Assembly: GCA_011109175.1 (NCBI GenBank)
Contig: RDEW01000030.1
Span: 428,094 to 492,093, forward strand
DNA: 64,000 nucleotides
Direction of reading: 5' to 3'
Origin: Dicyema japonicum
Lineage: Eukaryota > Animalia > Dicyemida
The notes beneath the pieces are model-generated. The model was not told where the DNA came from and searched no databases. It saw nothing but the letters and a program-made list of their open reading frames with translations. Positions 1 to 12,839 of the stretch are shown here, piece by piece. Every line of letters begins with the position of its first letter. Positions within the stretch are counted from its first letter, which is position 1. The position numbers and the translations under genes are program-made.

Positions 1-389
1 TAATGATCGGAGATAAAGGAGCTTGCTTATTGAGCTAATTTCCTTTCAAATCGTCAGAAGAAATGCGTTCTCAATTATGAGAGCAGCCAGTGCACTCAGT
101 ACGGTTCAGCATGGTCAGTGATTTGCTTCCAAGATAAACAAACATATTCTTCAATATGCTTGACCCCATCGCTGCATAGTTTATCAAACTGATCGGGCAG
201 CTTTCAGGACTGCGGATCAAACGAAATTAATAGCGGGAATACTTCTATGAACTTCTGATTATTAAAAAAAGCAAAATATTATATGGCATTTATTGCAACT
301 AAAACAAATTATGGCATTTAAAATGATAAAAATAAGATCTATAACTTAAAGATTAAACAATTTTAATTAATTTTCTATAATTTAACTCA

Positions 390-693
390 TTATGCATGTG
401 CTGCGTGGGGATCTAACCCGGCGGCAACAAACCTAATAAAAATTCAAGAGATCCAGTCGAGAGCAATAAAATTACTGGAAAAAATATACAAATAAAGAAA
501 TTGTTTCCAGAACACTCGAGTCTATCATAGAGGCAAATGGAGGTAATTTCAGAAAAGGAGGGAAAAAAGACCCCCGTCCGTATAGAAAATGTGTGGGGTC
601 ACGGTCAGAGTCCGATTATTGAGAGATGCCGAGATCACCTGAATATTAGTTAGTGGTAAAGAAGGTGTTTTTTGGCTTAAATAATAATAATAA
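390..693 (+). mobile_element. CR1/L2/Jockey-group LINE 3' remnant
   Basis: Translates to RT-thumb-like YACAAWGSNPAATNLIKIQEIQSRAIKLLEK; ends in a (TAA)n tail at ~679-693. Confidence 0.55.
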
Positions 694-1030
694 AGACAGA
701 TACTCAGGTCAGATTCAATAAACATGATATTTTTGTCCTCGATAAAATGAAGAATGAAATTGTACTTTTGAAATTAGAATTACTTCTCAAAAATTATTAA
801 AGCACATTGAAGTAGAAAAGTTGCATAAGTACGATTTATTGGCCGGAGAGATCAAGCTACTTTATGGTGCTCCAGTCAAAGTCATACCTATCGTTCTAAC
901 CTGAGACGGTATTGTTTCGAATGCTTATAAATCTCACTTGGGAGCCATTGCAATCGATGCGCCAACCAGAACATACATCTAATCCTTGGTCCTCAAAAAG
1001 ACGTTGGAGAGCGTATTGGTGAAGTATTAG
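694..1030 (+). mobile_element. Dong/R4-like non-LTR element, restriction-like endonuclease remnant
   Basis: IKTDTQVRFNKHDIFVLDK...EVEKLHKYDLLAGEIKLLYGAPVKVIPIVLT*DG, homologous to the RLE domain at 60430-60760; contains stops. Confidence 0.75.
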
Positions 1031-1154
1031 TAGGGGATCACCTGTGGAGTTGGCAGTTCAGTTCAATTACTGTCCAGTTAACCTATATGAGGTGGAAACG
1101 GATGGGATTCAGGTCAACAACTCCTCTCCTAAGAGGAGAAAAGTTTAGAATTAA

Positions 1155-1440
1155 TTTATTTATTAACCCCAGATACAACAAGAGAGAAGTTAAAGTAAAC
1201 AACTAATCAATTGTATCCAGTTACCACTTCTACAGAAAGAGTCCATCCGGAATCAGCATAAAGAGTAAGACGTCCATACTTGCAGTTGTGGAGACCCTTC
1301 CAGTAGAGTGGGGGAGAGAAAATGATCATTTTTCGTACCAGCCAGGCACTGGGCGCCACCTAGAAAGGTGGATCACATGACGACACTCTAATAGGAAGAG
1401 AGGGGTGGAACATAAAGGTTTAGAAGCGAGTAGTAATGTT
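1155..1440 (-). mobile_element. dispersed LINE-family 3' remnant
   Basis: Family motif RHVIHL (cgtcatgtgatccacc) on the minus strand; 3' tail ctggggttaataaataaa, shared with the copy at 33915. Confidence 0.55.
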
Positions 1441-1595
1441 TGATGTAATTGTGTTTCCCGTAAAAAATAAAACTCGTATTTTTTAATTTTTAATTTCCGT
1501 AAAATAAAATTTTATATTTTTAATAAAAGTCAAAAATGATTACACATAGAGTGAGAATAAAAATCTAATCTAATAATTAGATAATATTCCATTAA

Positions 1596-3377
1596 ATGTT
1601 AACCATAAGAGTGATCACAACATTAACTGAGTATTTTTTTACAGTCGAAGAATCTGTATAAACTTTACTAATTTAGACTACCGACCGTCGTGAATTCAAA
1701 ACGATAATATCATATACTGTGGTATATGTCAGATTTTCACATGCATAGGCAATTGACCCAGAGAACCAACAGTTCTTTCACCGTGGGCGAACTCTTCGGG
1801 ACTCAGAGATTCTAAGTTCCCTTAGTTTAGATTATCGAATCCTCCTAAATTTAGATTTGGGACAAGGAGGAATCTTCTTGTACAGACAGATTACTAACGT
1901 GGTGACTGTCCCCCAATCGGATAGTGGAAACGTTAGCATTTTGGCTTACGATAGTTAAACATTGATAATTCCATTTCTTGCGCAATATTCTCCCAAGTAT
2001 GCAAACGTGTGACATTATACAAACACTTCATCAAATGTGCTAGACGGATATTAAGCTCCTTGGAAGTTTGGTGGGTTATTACGACTTAGAATGATAACAA
2101 CGACGACGACTTCACCATTTATAACTATGTTGATGAGCGAGTCAGACAGTATTTATTGAATATGATAGATCACGATGTAGATAATTCCGGGATTAGGTTT
2201 TTCTCGATTTTATTTCAAGACTTGGCCAAAATTCATTCCTAAATGAGTTCTACTCTACGATTTTCGATTTACAACGGCGATTTAACACGATAAACGAGAC
2301 TTTCTTTAAAAGTCTTGACGACGAAAACAACGTAATCCTGCTTTTTAACTTTCCTTAATTTAGAAACCGGATGCTGAGACATTGAAAAAATTCGAGTCAC
2401 GAAGAGTTCGGTTCACCCATTACATTTCTCACGTTCTTCACGGACTAACGGAGTTTATCATGACTAAAAGGGGGGACGCCCAATACCTGGTTACTCTCTA
2501 TAAGGATCCTCCCCATGGCTTTAATGTCTTACTTTAATATTATACGTAGACCAGATTAAGAAATTCGCTACTTTACGCTTACGAAAGTTTTAGTCGTGTT
2601 ACCCATGAACCCCAAAATTTTCCTGAAAATGCCCTTATCCTTGAAAATCGGCCAGGACTGAACTTGTTTACTAAACAACACCTAGCGAGTTCGCAAAATT
2701 CCCACAAAAAATATGTCTTTTATAACCAAATTGGACATCGTCTTCCTCGACCGGTTGAGGATGACAACTCCCGACGTACATTAAGAATGGAGGTGGATGA
2801 TGCCGTTACAATGATAGACAGGTTTTTGAGGTGCAATTCAAGCCACTTCCACGAACCAATAAAAGTTTGTTGCTTTTAAATTTTATAGAATTATTCATCT
2901 CACGTTAATGTCTGCAGGACTAGTAAGACTGAGATCCTTCCATCAGCCTTGTCGACGGGATCCATCTACCAGTCTCCGATTTGGATTGAAACCAACTACA
3001 ATTCGTTTGTTTCGACAGAGACTGTTCCTACTACCCCCGCCTCTGATGCAGAACATCTACTTCGACAGACCATGTCTATTCCCGTTGAGGATACTCATTT
3101 ACAAGAGATATTTTCAGAGATGTCTAGAGCTAGAGGTAGGTTTGAAGCGATCATGGTGGAAACTGTTACTTTCATATATTAAAATTATTAGGATGGTAGG
3201 GGATCTGAAAATACGCAGAGTAACACAGATTCAGTGACTGATATTAACATTGCAGAAATCGAGCAACAGCAAGTGCTGAGTATTTTACTATTTGCAGGGG
3301 ATCGAAGGGATGAGCACGGGATCAGGAGTCTGATACAATCTCTCACTCTTAAAGGAATGACACTTTTGTTTTGTTAA
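1596..3377 (+). CDS. N-terminal ubiquitin-like domain protein, probably a shortened BAG6/Scythe homolog (3' end uncertain)
   Basis: ATG at 1596. Removing phase-0 GT-AG introns 1656-1676 (21 nt), 1722-1748 (27), 1932-1954 (23) and 2066-2089 (24) gives one frame: MLTIRVITTLTEYFFTVEESTTDRREFKTIISYTVAIDPENQQFFHRGRTLRDSEILSSLSL (UBL-like). Later RVTLYKHFIKCARRILSSLE and EFYSTIFDLQRRFNTINETF...RFTHYISHVLHGLTEF resemble BAG6 helices as I recall them. Confidence 0.65.
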
Positions 3378-3659
3378 ATCTATTTTTTCAAAATCAGAAT
3401 TGTGTTATTTGTCGTAGCAATCGTGGATTAGAGACATTAACTTTTCTTGGTTTGCTGGTTTATTGACGGAATAACCATTAAAAATAATTCCTTTTCCGTA
3501 CGATATTCCCTATACAAGTAGACTCTTCCTTCGACGTTGATTTGAAAGGTTCCCTTATCTTCTGAATCAAATGTAGACTAGTATCAAAAATATTGGACAT
3601 TGTTTAGGTCTATAATATCTAGAATTTTTAAATTTAAAGAGAAATGTATTTTTATTACC

Positions 3660-4295
3660 ATCAGCCGCAGCAAAAACTCGGCTCACTACTTGGTGACGCC
3701 GAGGATATTTGTCAAAGGAAAAATGCTGGCCACCAATACTTCAAAAAAATATACAACGTCTGGATAAGAAAGAGGAATGTATCACTGAAACTTCGTGTCA
3801 GACTATACGACACGGTTATCAAGCCTGATATACAATTCAGGAACATAGGGAACCTCAAAAACGATTTAGAGAGGCTAGATACTTTCCACCGAAGCTAACT
3901 GCGCATACTGACTGGAATCTTCTGGTCGAGAAAAATCTCAAACGAGAAACTATATGCTATATGTAATCTATTCTATCTAGATGACAACTACTTGGGCATA
4001 TTCTTGGACTGGACTCGACTACTTCGTGTAGTAAAATAATGAAGAATTTTCCTACTATGTCGGAAGTCACGGATTTCGAGGCAGACCAAGAAATACATAT
4101 CCAATTTGCTTAAAAAATGATTACAAAACAACAGGTTGTAAATTGGTGGCAGCAGACGATTTGGAAGATGTTCAAATGAGGGACAGAAACAAAATGGCGT
4201 GGGCGAGGATGGCGAGGAGGATGGCTGTAACGCATTGCTCAAACGAAAACATTTTAGGGCTACGCGAAAGAGCTCTCATCTAACTAACTAACCAA
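3660..4295 (+). mobile_element. RTE-clade LINE 3' remnant (degenerate)
   Basis: KLGSLLGDAEDI...RLDTFHRS...FRGRPR...DDLED homologous to the 13115-15274 ORF; 3'UTR motif at 4255-4274 and (CTAA)3 tail. Confidence 0.8.
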
Positions 4296-5249
4296 CGCCG
4301 CAAAGACTTATCCGAACATATTTCGTCCCCGATGTATTTGTCTCACACCACTGAAGATTAGGCAGAGGCGGGTTTAAGTAATGGAAACATTTCCTACTCT
4401 TTGCCGGAAGGGCTGTGTTAATTATATAGAAGATATGTCGGGATAGCACACCTTTCAATAGGAGAAACTAAAGTGAATCATTGGATTTAAAGTCACCAGT
4501 GTTTTAATTAAACCAGATATCTCTATCAGCAAATTATCAATGCCATGTTTTAGAGTACTTACTATGGTCCGCGAAAAAATGTTATCGCTCAAATTATTGA
4601 TAACGAATTGAAAACTTTTTAATTATTTTTTAAATTATTAATTATAATTTTTTTAATTATTAATAAGTCAAAAATCACCAGACGTGGGAGGAGGAAAGTT
4701 GCATGGAGAAAAATGGTAGAAAGAATAGTAAAGAGCACGGCAAACGGAACTCTAAGTATTCATATCCTTATGAGTAACGCGGGAGTGAATTTAACTTAAC
4801 CTAAAAATCACCATGATATTAACTCATTATGAGGGAAGTCCATCAGGCTCTCTTAGTACCTCACCTTTCCTGGTGTTTCCCTCGATAACAGATGCATTTT
4901 GGCATCTAGATGTTCTTATCCCGAAAAAACTCAGCAGCAATTGCTTAAACAACACCAGAAGGACATTTTTTTCAAAAATTGTGATACCCCAAAGTAAGTT
5001 TGACAAGATGGGGTACCTGGTTAAATACTACAGCATATTACTCGAGGATTCTGATCGAAATAAATATTTTTGATTTTATTGAGGATTAAGGAGCTCTTAT
5101 TACTGTTGCCAAAGATTCGTTGACAGTAATCTATTTACAAGTTTATGCTCTAATTCGATTAACCATTCTAGAATTCCAGGTTAACTCTATAAATATTATT
5201 TTAGAGCAAATAACAAGATTTGAAAGCTTGGCTTGTACGATAGAATGTG

Positions 5250-5480
5250 AGGGGTCGTTGGAATAGATGACTCTATTTAGTTCAACGTGCTAAGTAACTC
5301 CACTAACATTTAAAGTAGAGGTACAAGCCCACCATTCGTATGGATCTTTTCTGCAGGAGAAGGAGAACAGCTGAAATTTCTACAAATAATCCCTACGTCT
5401 TCTGGGAAAGGCGGATCACATGACGTCGTTTAGGATTTGAAAAAGGCATAGAGCAGAACGGAATCATTCGACCAGGTAGG
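5250..5480 (-). mobile_element. dispersed LINE-family 3' remnant
   Basis: cgtcatgtgatccgcctttcccagaagacg (RHVIRLSQKT) family motif. Confidence 0.45.
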
Positions 5481-5879
5481 TAGCAGAGTGGGAATCGAAC
5501 CTAAAATCAATCGCTACGCTATCTGATTTTTCCTGAAAATGGCTGTAGTTATTAATAACTAGAAGCACAGTTCGCTCACACTGTGTTAGTTCCAGCAGGA
5601 GGCTACGCTGCGCAGTTCGCTTCATCACAAGCTTTTCTATCTTGCCAACATGTCCATATGATCCATAACCACGATTTTATCTCAAAAATCTCATTTTTAA
5701 ACCATTTTTATGAAATTAATTTTTGACCTCTTTAACTTTGTTGAAAGAAGCGTTTCCCATGGGCGTTCCTGCAGAAAGAAGTACAATTGAGAGCATTTCG
5801 AAGGCGGGAAATTCATCTGTGGAGTTGATAAAATCACAGGTTAGAGAATTTGTCTTATAAGTGGACTTTTAAGATTATT

Positions 5880-6115
5880 ATCAAAGACCACCAAAAAAGG
5901 CTAAACCCTCTAATTAGGTGATCTCTTCCTACCCAAATATCTCCCAAACTCTCCTTGAATGTTTTGCCAGCGACCAACTGCCCTCAGGAAGTGCATTTTT
6001 GTGTCTGCAGAGAAATTCTATCGGGGTGCACTTCTTTATGATCAATCGGAATTTCTCTTCATGAGCCATCCTTTCTCTGAATGGGTTTCCTAGCTCCTTG
6101 CAGAAAAACAAGAAA
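5880..6115 (-). mobile_element. LINE 3' remnant related to 40830-41220 and 51750-52139
   Basis: CKELGNPFRERMAHEEKFR versus CKELRNPFRERAVHADEFR at ~41050. Confidence 0.55.
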
Positions 6116-6643
6116 CTCTGGCCATTTATTTCTCAGCGTCTCCTCTTCAGAAAAAAGACTAGCGATACTTGATCAATAAATGTAATGATATTAATTTACA
6201 TTGATTTACAAATGTATTGAATTTCTTGAAAAATCAGAATATCATTTTTTCCAATAAAATGAAATCTACAGAAATCGGTTCAAATATTATTATATAAACA
6301 GTCACCTCAATTGACAAGAACACTAATTAAGGTCAACATCTTAGATGATCCAGTTGCCTTAGAGTAATTAGTAACTCGGATGATGTCTTGAAATTTCAAA
6401 TGTTTTTAAGTAATCATAAATAACTAATAATAAAATGATAAGCTGGGGAAGTTTGATAAAACAAAAAGGAAACTAGGAAGTTCGTCGACAAAAGGGAAGT
6501 AAAAAAATAAGAAATTAAAAAAATTATTAAAAAAAAGAATCAACACACAAAAATGAATTTTCTTAATTTTTAATATAAATAAATCTTTTTAAAATTTAAT
6601 AAAATAATTTAAATTATCTTACGTACATTAGTTATAAAATAGA

Positions 6644-9600
6644 ATGAAAAAGTTAATATCAAAGCATACACCAATAAACAAAGTAATCATTCAGTTTGAG
6701 TATGCTAACGAATGGCAAGACCTTGTGGTGGCTCTCAACAGATTTAATAAGGTGACCTATAAATATTATTTCAGATTTTAAAGCAATATAAAGTTTCAGA
6801 TTTACCAGATCGATTAGTCCTTGGTCGTTGGCTAACAAACTGTTTTTCACCTTCTCTTCCCAACGGACTTCACCTCAAAGCTCTCGAAACTGTGAAAATG
6901 ATTTTGGACGGTGAACAGGAAGACTCTGAGTTGATCGAAAATTTTACAATCTTCGGGTATAAACCGTTTCTAAATGCAGTGTTGGTTTGTGCCGCCTCTA
7001 CAGCAAAGCCACTCTATTAGTAAAAATAAGCATTCTGGGCATATTTGGCTCAATTATTTCAAGAATGGAAGGGAATTCTCCTGTCATATCACTTCATGAG
7101 ACTATCATTGTGTCTATTATGACTGATTTGGACGAATATTCACAAGAATATGAGCCGTAATCAATTTCTTATCATTTAGATCAATCAAAATATTAAGACA
7201 GTGTCTTAATTGTATGGGTAGTGATTACTTTTACTCCCAACTTTGGGGGACTATTTATTCTTTCCCAGACACACGGATTGGAGCCCTCAGATTTATTATC
7301 GAAAATTATTCTGCGGAGTTCTACTCCGTTAAGTCAAATAACTCCCTTATGGTTAATTATACTGTTATATCTCCAGATTGAGTCTCTTGTACACTGTCTT
7401 GTAACTCCCGATGTAAGTGTGAGAAGAATAACCCTCGACCTCCTCAATGTTGCTCTCCCAATCTCCACTTTATGTACTAATCTGCCCCAATATGCTGAAA
7501 AACTACTCCATGTGGTCATGATAAACCTTCTATCGAAAGATTCTCAACTTCTAAGAAGAGTAAATCGATGGTTAATTGAACCTCTTCAAGTTGAGGACCA
7601 AAATTGTATTCCCAATTATCACTCAATGTGGTCGACTCCATAAAATCCCTTCTTTTGATGGTTTTTCATTTTGTTACCCACCAGGACTGTAATCATCTTC
7701 TGGATGAGTGTGAGGACATCAGACATGTCTGCCCTTTCCGTGTGGTGATTGGGCTATGCGACCGTTGCTATTATTTCCGTAAAAAACCAACAGTGGATGT
7801 TATCTTCCCCTCTATTCTCTCCTATTTAAGTAAACATAACAAATCAGTCAATATTAAAAGGTATAGTGTGAATATGACTTGAGTAATGATATTCCCGCCA
7901 AACTGCTTAGACAGTTTAGTGATTATGTGAGTGTTCGCTATATTTTGAAATATTTTATTCACCAACTACAAACGAATGAGGTCACTAGTGAACACTTATG
8001 GACATTGGAGTTTGTGCTTCCTCTATTGGTTGTCTCCCTTATTATTTTAGGACTTTTATGAGAAAAGAGCCTTCTATCTCATAGTACAATTGTTTGGATG
8101 TTTTGTGAGGCAGTTGAAGCAAACCACAGAAAACAAAATACTTATTTTAAGATTAATCAATATCACATTTTCAGTAGTAATCGACCTATATGCCTACCAA
8201 ACGAAAAGCAATGTCTGTATTGACCTAAGAAATTTTGCTACTCAATTCTACTTGTTTTCTACGGTTTTACATAAGGGACTTTCTCCATCAAAGATCAGCA
8301 ACGTATCCACGTGGAGTGGTAAGAATTTGGCTGTCAAATCATACTCCAATGTCTCCATTAATAGGAGATTAAAACATAGAATTTTTAATGACGACATGTC
8401 TGTTGAATTATTTTGTAAATATGAAATGAATTACCTGGTTGAGTTTATCACCAGTTTATGGGACATTTTTGAACACACGTGTGGAAGTTGTGAGGCTGTT
8501 TGCGATGAATATCTTGCTAATTTTATTTCTTTTCTGTTGACTGATGAAATTCTGGATGTCAATATTATTGTCTTTGGAGTAAATAGACTGACCACGTGTT
8601 TTCTCCAATTATTTTTGACCTCCGCAGAGACCTCAAAAAGGATTACCTTTGATGTTATTATGAATTTTGTAAACAGCCTTAAAACCACGGCCAATACTTC
8701 ATCGAAGAAACTAGAGTCCTTCACACGTAGCTTAATCTCTTTGGAATTATCTCATAGTAGCCTTCTTATGGTTATCTTTTCTGTGATTCTTAGGATCTCA
8801 TTGAGTATTTTTGGATCCGAATTGATGTTGAACCCTCCTACTTTATTCAAATGGCTCTCTCACCTATTGTTTCTCCTGTTGTCGTTCGATTTATTTTGTT
8901 CAAATTTAACAGTCACCTGTTACAAGTATTATGATTTTTCAATTGAAGGTCAAACGATCTGCTATTGATGGATTTATGAGACTCATCAAACTTGTGTTTG
9001 AAAGACATGTCAATTCAGAACAGAGATTTCAATTTACTGTCGTATTTGATAGGTATTTGTTTGATTAATGTGGGATAATTATGCTGTTGATGGATGAGAT
9101 TATTGCAAACATCGACTGTGAATTGAGGACAGTTTTAATCAGCTTTGTAGACAACTCCCTCCGTCTTGGATATGTTGAGATTATAGCCACTCTTCTTTCA
9201 CCACTACTTTTAATCGACACTGAGCGGTCTCTCAATTTTAATATTTGTAGTTACTGTCAGGTTGAACAAATGGAAGACGAGTTTATAAGCAACGAATCTG
9301 TGGTTGGAAGCGAAAACTACGCCATGAATTGTGATATTCTCCGCGAGGTTGCTACCTCTACCATGGTGGATGTATAGTATGATTATTTAGAGCACTGAAA
9401 AAGATGACATTATCAATGGAATTATCGACGATATCATTGAGAATTGTATTAACGAGGTATTCGAATCTGAATGCTTCACAATACCACTATCTATAGAGGA
9501 CTCTTCTCATCAAAAATTGGAGGGATCCAATCCACTCATTATATCTCCAAAGTTGTACAAATTCTTGTAAGATGATGAGTTTATATGTAGATATGACTTT

Positions 9601-12600
9601 GCACGCGTGCAGCAGACCTTTCGACGTCTCTTAGTCTGCCTTCAATCGCTTAAAATTAGCACTGTTAGTGTGCTTTATAGTTCTAACTTTAACGTACTCC
9701 TCCACGAAGAGTCTAATGTCTTCGAAATTCTAGGAATTTCTGATTTGAGGTAATATTTTGGCCTTTTTTAGGTCCCTCACATTCCTAGAAGCCATGGTTG
9801 AGCTTATGATGTCTTATATTTACTCTGATTATTCCGAATGTGGCGAAAATGACAGAATTAATAATATAAAGGTACAAATGTCGGCCGCATTTTGTCTGAG
9901 AACTGTCCTTTTGCTGTTTAAGCGAATTATTGATGACAATTTGTCCCCAGATCTTACATTTTTGCAGCGAGTCGAAGAATTTTCTCAACTCTGAAGGTTC
10001 CTCGTAGTTTGATATCCTTAGATTGACTTTGTGATAAGTGAGCGTATTTCCTTTCTCGTAAAGTCGTCTTCATTCTCTCCATTGGAGGTTACTCATCATC
10101 GGACTCATTTGGAACTCTACGAGGCGATAGTCAGTCTTAAAAATTCATTTTCGAATCTACATTTGTCGAGTAATATTCGTGCTGATTTGAGATTTCATCG
10201 TTCTGAGTCGATTTCATGCCATAGAGTTTACAAGTCACTTTGAATCTCTTCCGAGTACTGTATTAGATGTTATAATTGTAGCCTAATGACGAGTTATTCG
10301 ACTGTTGGATGCATTTTCTGGTGTTTATGAGTAATGTTAACCCCCTATTAAACGCCATAATAAGTCCACGTGCCATTTCTGTCATTTGCAACCAGATTAA
10401 GTATATTTGTGATCAAGTTGGCTCTCAATTGTATATTTTTGTAATATTCTAGAACGAGTGCTGTAAATTCTGTAAGTATAAGGAACTTTTTAACGTATCT
10501 ACAGATATTCTGTAGACAGACAGTCCATTTGGAACCTACTTCCTGTCAGTGTTCCTCAATTATGAAACAGGCAAGCCCTTCTTGGGATAAGTTTGTCACT
10601 CTGATGAACCCAGTAAACTGGATTTACAAGGTTTTTGTGCATTTTTAAGTTCAGTCCAAGAAAAACAGCTACGAATTTAACTGTTGTCCTCATGTGACTT
10701 CCAAGATGAAGGCTATCGAAGAACTACCGATTGTTCTGGACTGTTGCTCCTCTGTGTTGTCTCTCAAAGTGTCCAGATCTGATCAAATTGAACAAAAAGT
10801 CATCGAATTTACAGAAACATTCCACAATGTTGTTTTCCTTATTATCTCAGATCAAAGAAGTCGCCGGGGTATTTTTGTGGACATATTAATGCACATTCCA
10901 CGTGAGGTTATTACAACCACAATAATGATGTGGAAGAACTGTTCATCTCCGAATGAGCTGGATAAAATTATTAAGCTGTATCATTTCGTTTCTTCAACCT
11001 CTTTTTCATTGAAAACTGATGTGGTAGTTGGTTCTTTCACAACGTTCGTACGTGAACTTGTAATGATTCCCGGGACATCAGTATTTTATGAATCTGACGT
11101 TTTAGATTATAGGCGATGTTGGGATGCTGAGTGTTTGTGTCGACTTTATGAACAAATTCTTCAAAGGGACTGATGATACTTCTTTGATATCAGCGGCTGG
11201 TCAAGTGGTAGAATTTCTCCGCCTGTTTTCTAATTCCGATTCGTATACTCCCACCTCGAGTTCGCCACAAAAATGCAAACTGGGACTCATTTTCTCTCTT
11301 CATTCCTTTTTTACTGATTTTGTTCGGCGAATTCTGATCTCCTCTCGCTCTTCCCTAATTGACAAACGGCTCATTTCTCGACTTCAGGACTTTTACCAAA
11401 GATCTCTCTATAAGGCCCTATCCGGTATTCTGGTCTCGAATTGTCTCCGATTTACAAATTACGTCTTTAAAACATACAGTTTGTTAAAGCCCGAGGATTT
11501 CACTGGTATTCTCTTTAGTAATTTCAAGAAGGGTCTATAAATGCGATATCAATATGCGAGAGAGTGTTGTCTGTGATGTGCAGAGAGTTAGTGGTTGTCC
11601 TCGATTACTTGTTCTTGGCTAGAAATACTGATCGAGCTATAAATATTACTTCTGAACTTATCACATTCGTTGTCCCTTTTATATATTCTCCTCAGTAAGA
11701 GGTTTCAATAATTCGTAGGGAATATATATCGTGTCGTGTGGCCTCTGTCAGATTATTATCTCAAGTTTGTATGTACCAACCTTTAAAGAGAGGATGGAAG
11801 AAGCAGATTGTTGGTATTTTTATGGATTCTGGATTTGCTACCTTGGATGATCTAACAATGTCTCATTTTCTGTCTATTGCTGACAATCTGGCTCTGAATG
11901 ATAATTCTGTCATAAGAGATCTTATTGGTATTGGTTTTCTTATTTTAGACCGTGCTCTTCCTTGGGGATATCAGAACACTGTGAATTTGTTTGTCAATCA
12001 CGACATTGACTCAAAAAATGCTTCAAATGCTGTCCAAATGTTGTTTAGAATCAGTTTTCTTATATTTGCTGCTGAAAATAACCAGTTTTCATGTTTCATA
12101 CCAGAGTTTCAAAGTTTGGCGAATTTTGAATTTAGAACGCCTCCACGAGGTTTTTGGCATAACTTCAGGTCCTACATTACAAATCCAATCGGCCGCATTC
12201 CTCCTCATTAGAACTCTCTTACTTAAAATCTCGTCTCAATATCTCACGATTATGTTGAATCTCGCTCTCTTTGAATCGGTTTGTGATTATTTGTTATATT
12301 CATATAGAAAAGAGTTATTTCAGATGTCGTTTTCGGCGAAAATGAAATAGTCGATTTTTCTGTTGAAAAGTCTTATCAGATATTGAATGCCTGCAAACTT
12401 TTGAATACGATTTACTTGCTTCCCCATCCAAATCGGCCGAATTTTCAGTATTCTAATGGTCTATTGTTTCAGGTTCAAACATATATTTGATGGACTGTTT
12501 TTAAGTAAAAGTGGTAATGTCCATTCTCCGGAGTGTGATAAACGAACGTTGCCTTTGTTGAAACTGAACAAAATCAAAAATATTGATGATTTATCGGAAT

Positions 12601-12728
12601 TTTTAAATGTGATGGGTGGTGAACATCCACGGGGAGGAAATGATTTTTGGTTATTTTATAAAGAAGAATGTCTAATGAAGGATTTATTATTGATTTTGAA
12701 AGCTGATTTGTTAGCATTTCAATTATAA
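6644..12728 (+). CDS. DOP1: Dopey/DOP1 family endosome-Golgi trafficking protein (many micro-introns)
   Basis: Spliced N-terminus FEYANEWQDLVVALNRFNK|ILKQ...NCFSPSLPNGLHLKALETVKMIL and FYSQLWGTI match Dopey_N. The C-terminal region has VCMYQPLKRGWKKQIVGIFMD...DNLALND, LNACKLLNTIYLLP...NFQF and LPLLKLNKIKNIDDLSEFLNVM. The first three introns are 23 nt each (first 6752-6774). Internal exons were not all resolved. Confidence 0.9.
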
Positions 12729-12821
12729 TTTTATTAATTATTTATTGATATTTATTGTATTTAAATTATGTGTAATAAATTTGTCTTTAAATTTATTTAA
12801 AAAATTGTTTTTATTCCAACT

Positions 12822-12839
12822 ATATTTTAAATGTCCACG
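12822..12839 (+). repeat. 18-bp target-site duplication ATATTTTAAATGTCCACG (partner 15444-15461; 11-bp partial copy 15316-15326)
   Basis: Exact direct repeats flanking the RTE insertions. Confidence 0.9.

Noticed and set aside
1-260. Minus-strand frame with sparse stops, possibly an old coding remnant
   Set aside because: No identifiable motif, and it is cut by the window edge.
2465-2520. Match to the dispersed LINE motif (ggacgcccaatacctgg)
   Set aside because: It lies in frame within the UBL/BAG6-like coding region with no flanking similarity; likely chance.
1620-2640. CpG far exceeds GpC, and the complement-only reading gave protein-like words, suggesting a reversed or artefactual segment
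   Set aside because: The plus strand splices cleanly through four canonical introns into a UBL protein, so the sequence is natural.
4780-5100. Open frames on both strands (86-aa plus-strand ORF; ~60-codon minus-strand frame)
   Set aside because: No recognisable domain and no consistent start or splice model.
5485-5505. tRNA B-box-like GGTTCGATTCCC on the minus strand (similar hits at ~19435 and ~34950)
   Set aside because: No cloverleaf or paired T-stem. The 34950 hit lies in a ~75-codon open minus-strand frame that looks like a TE protein remnant. No support for a tRNA or SINE.
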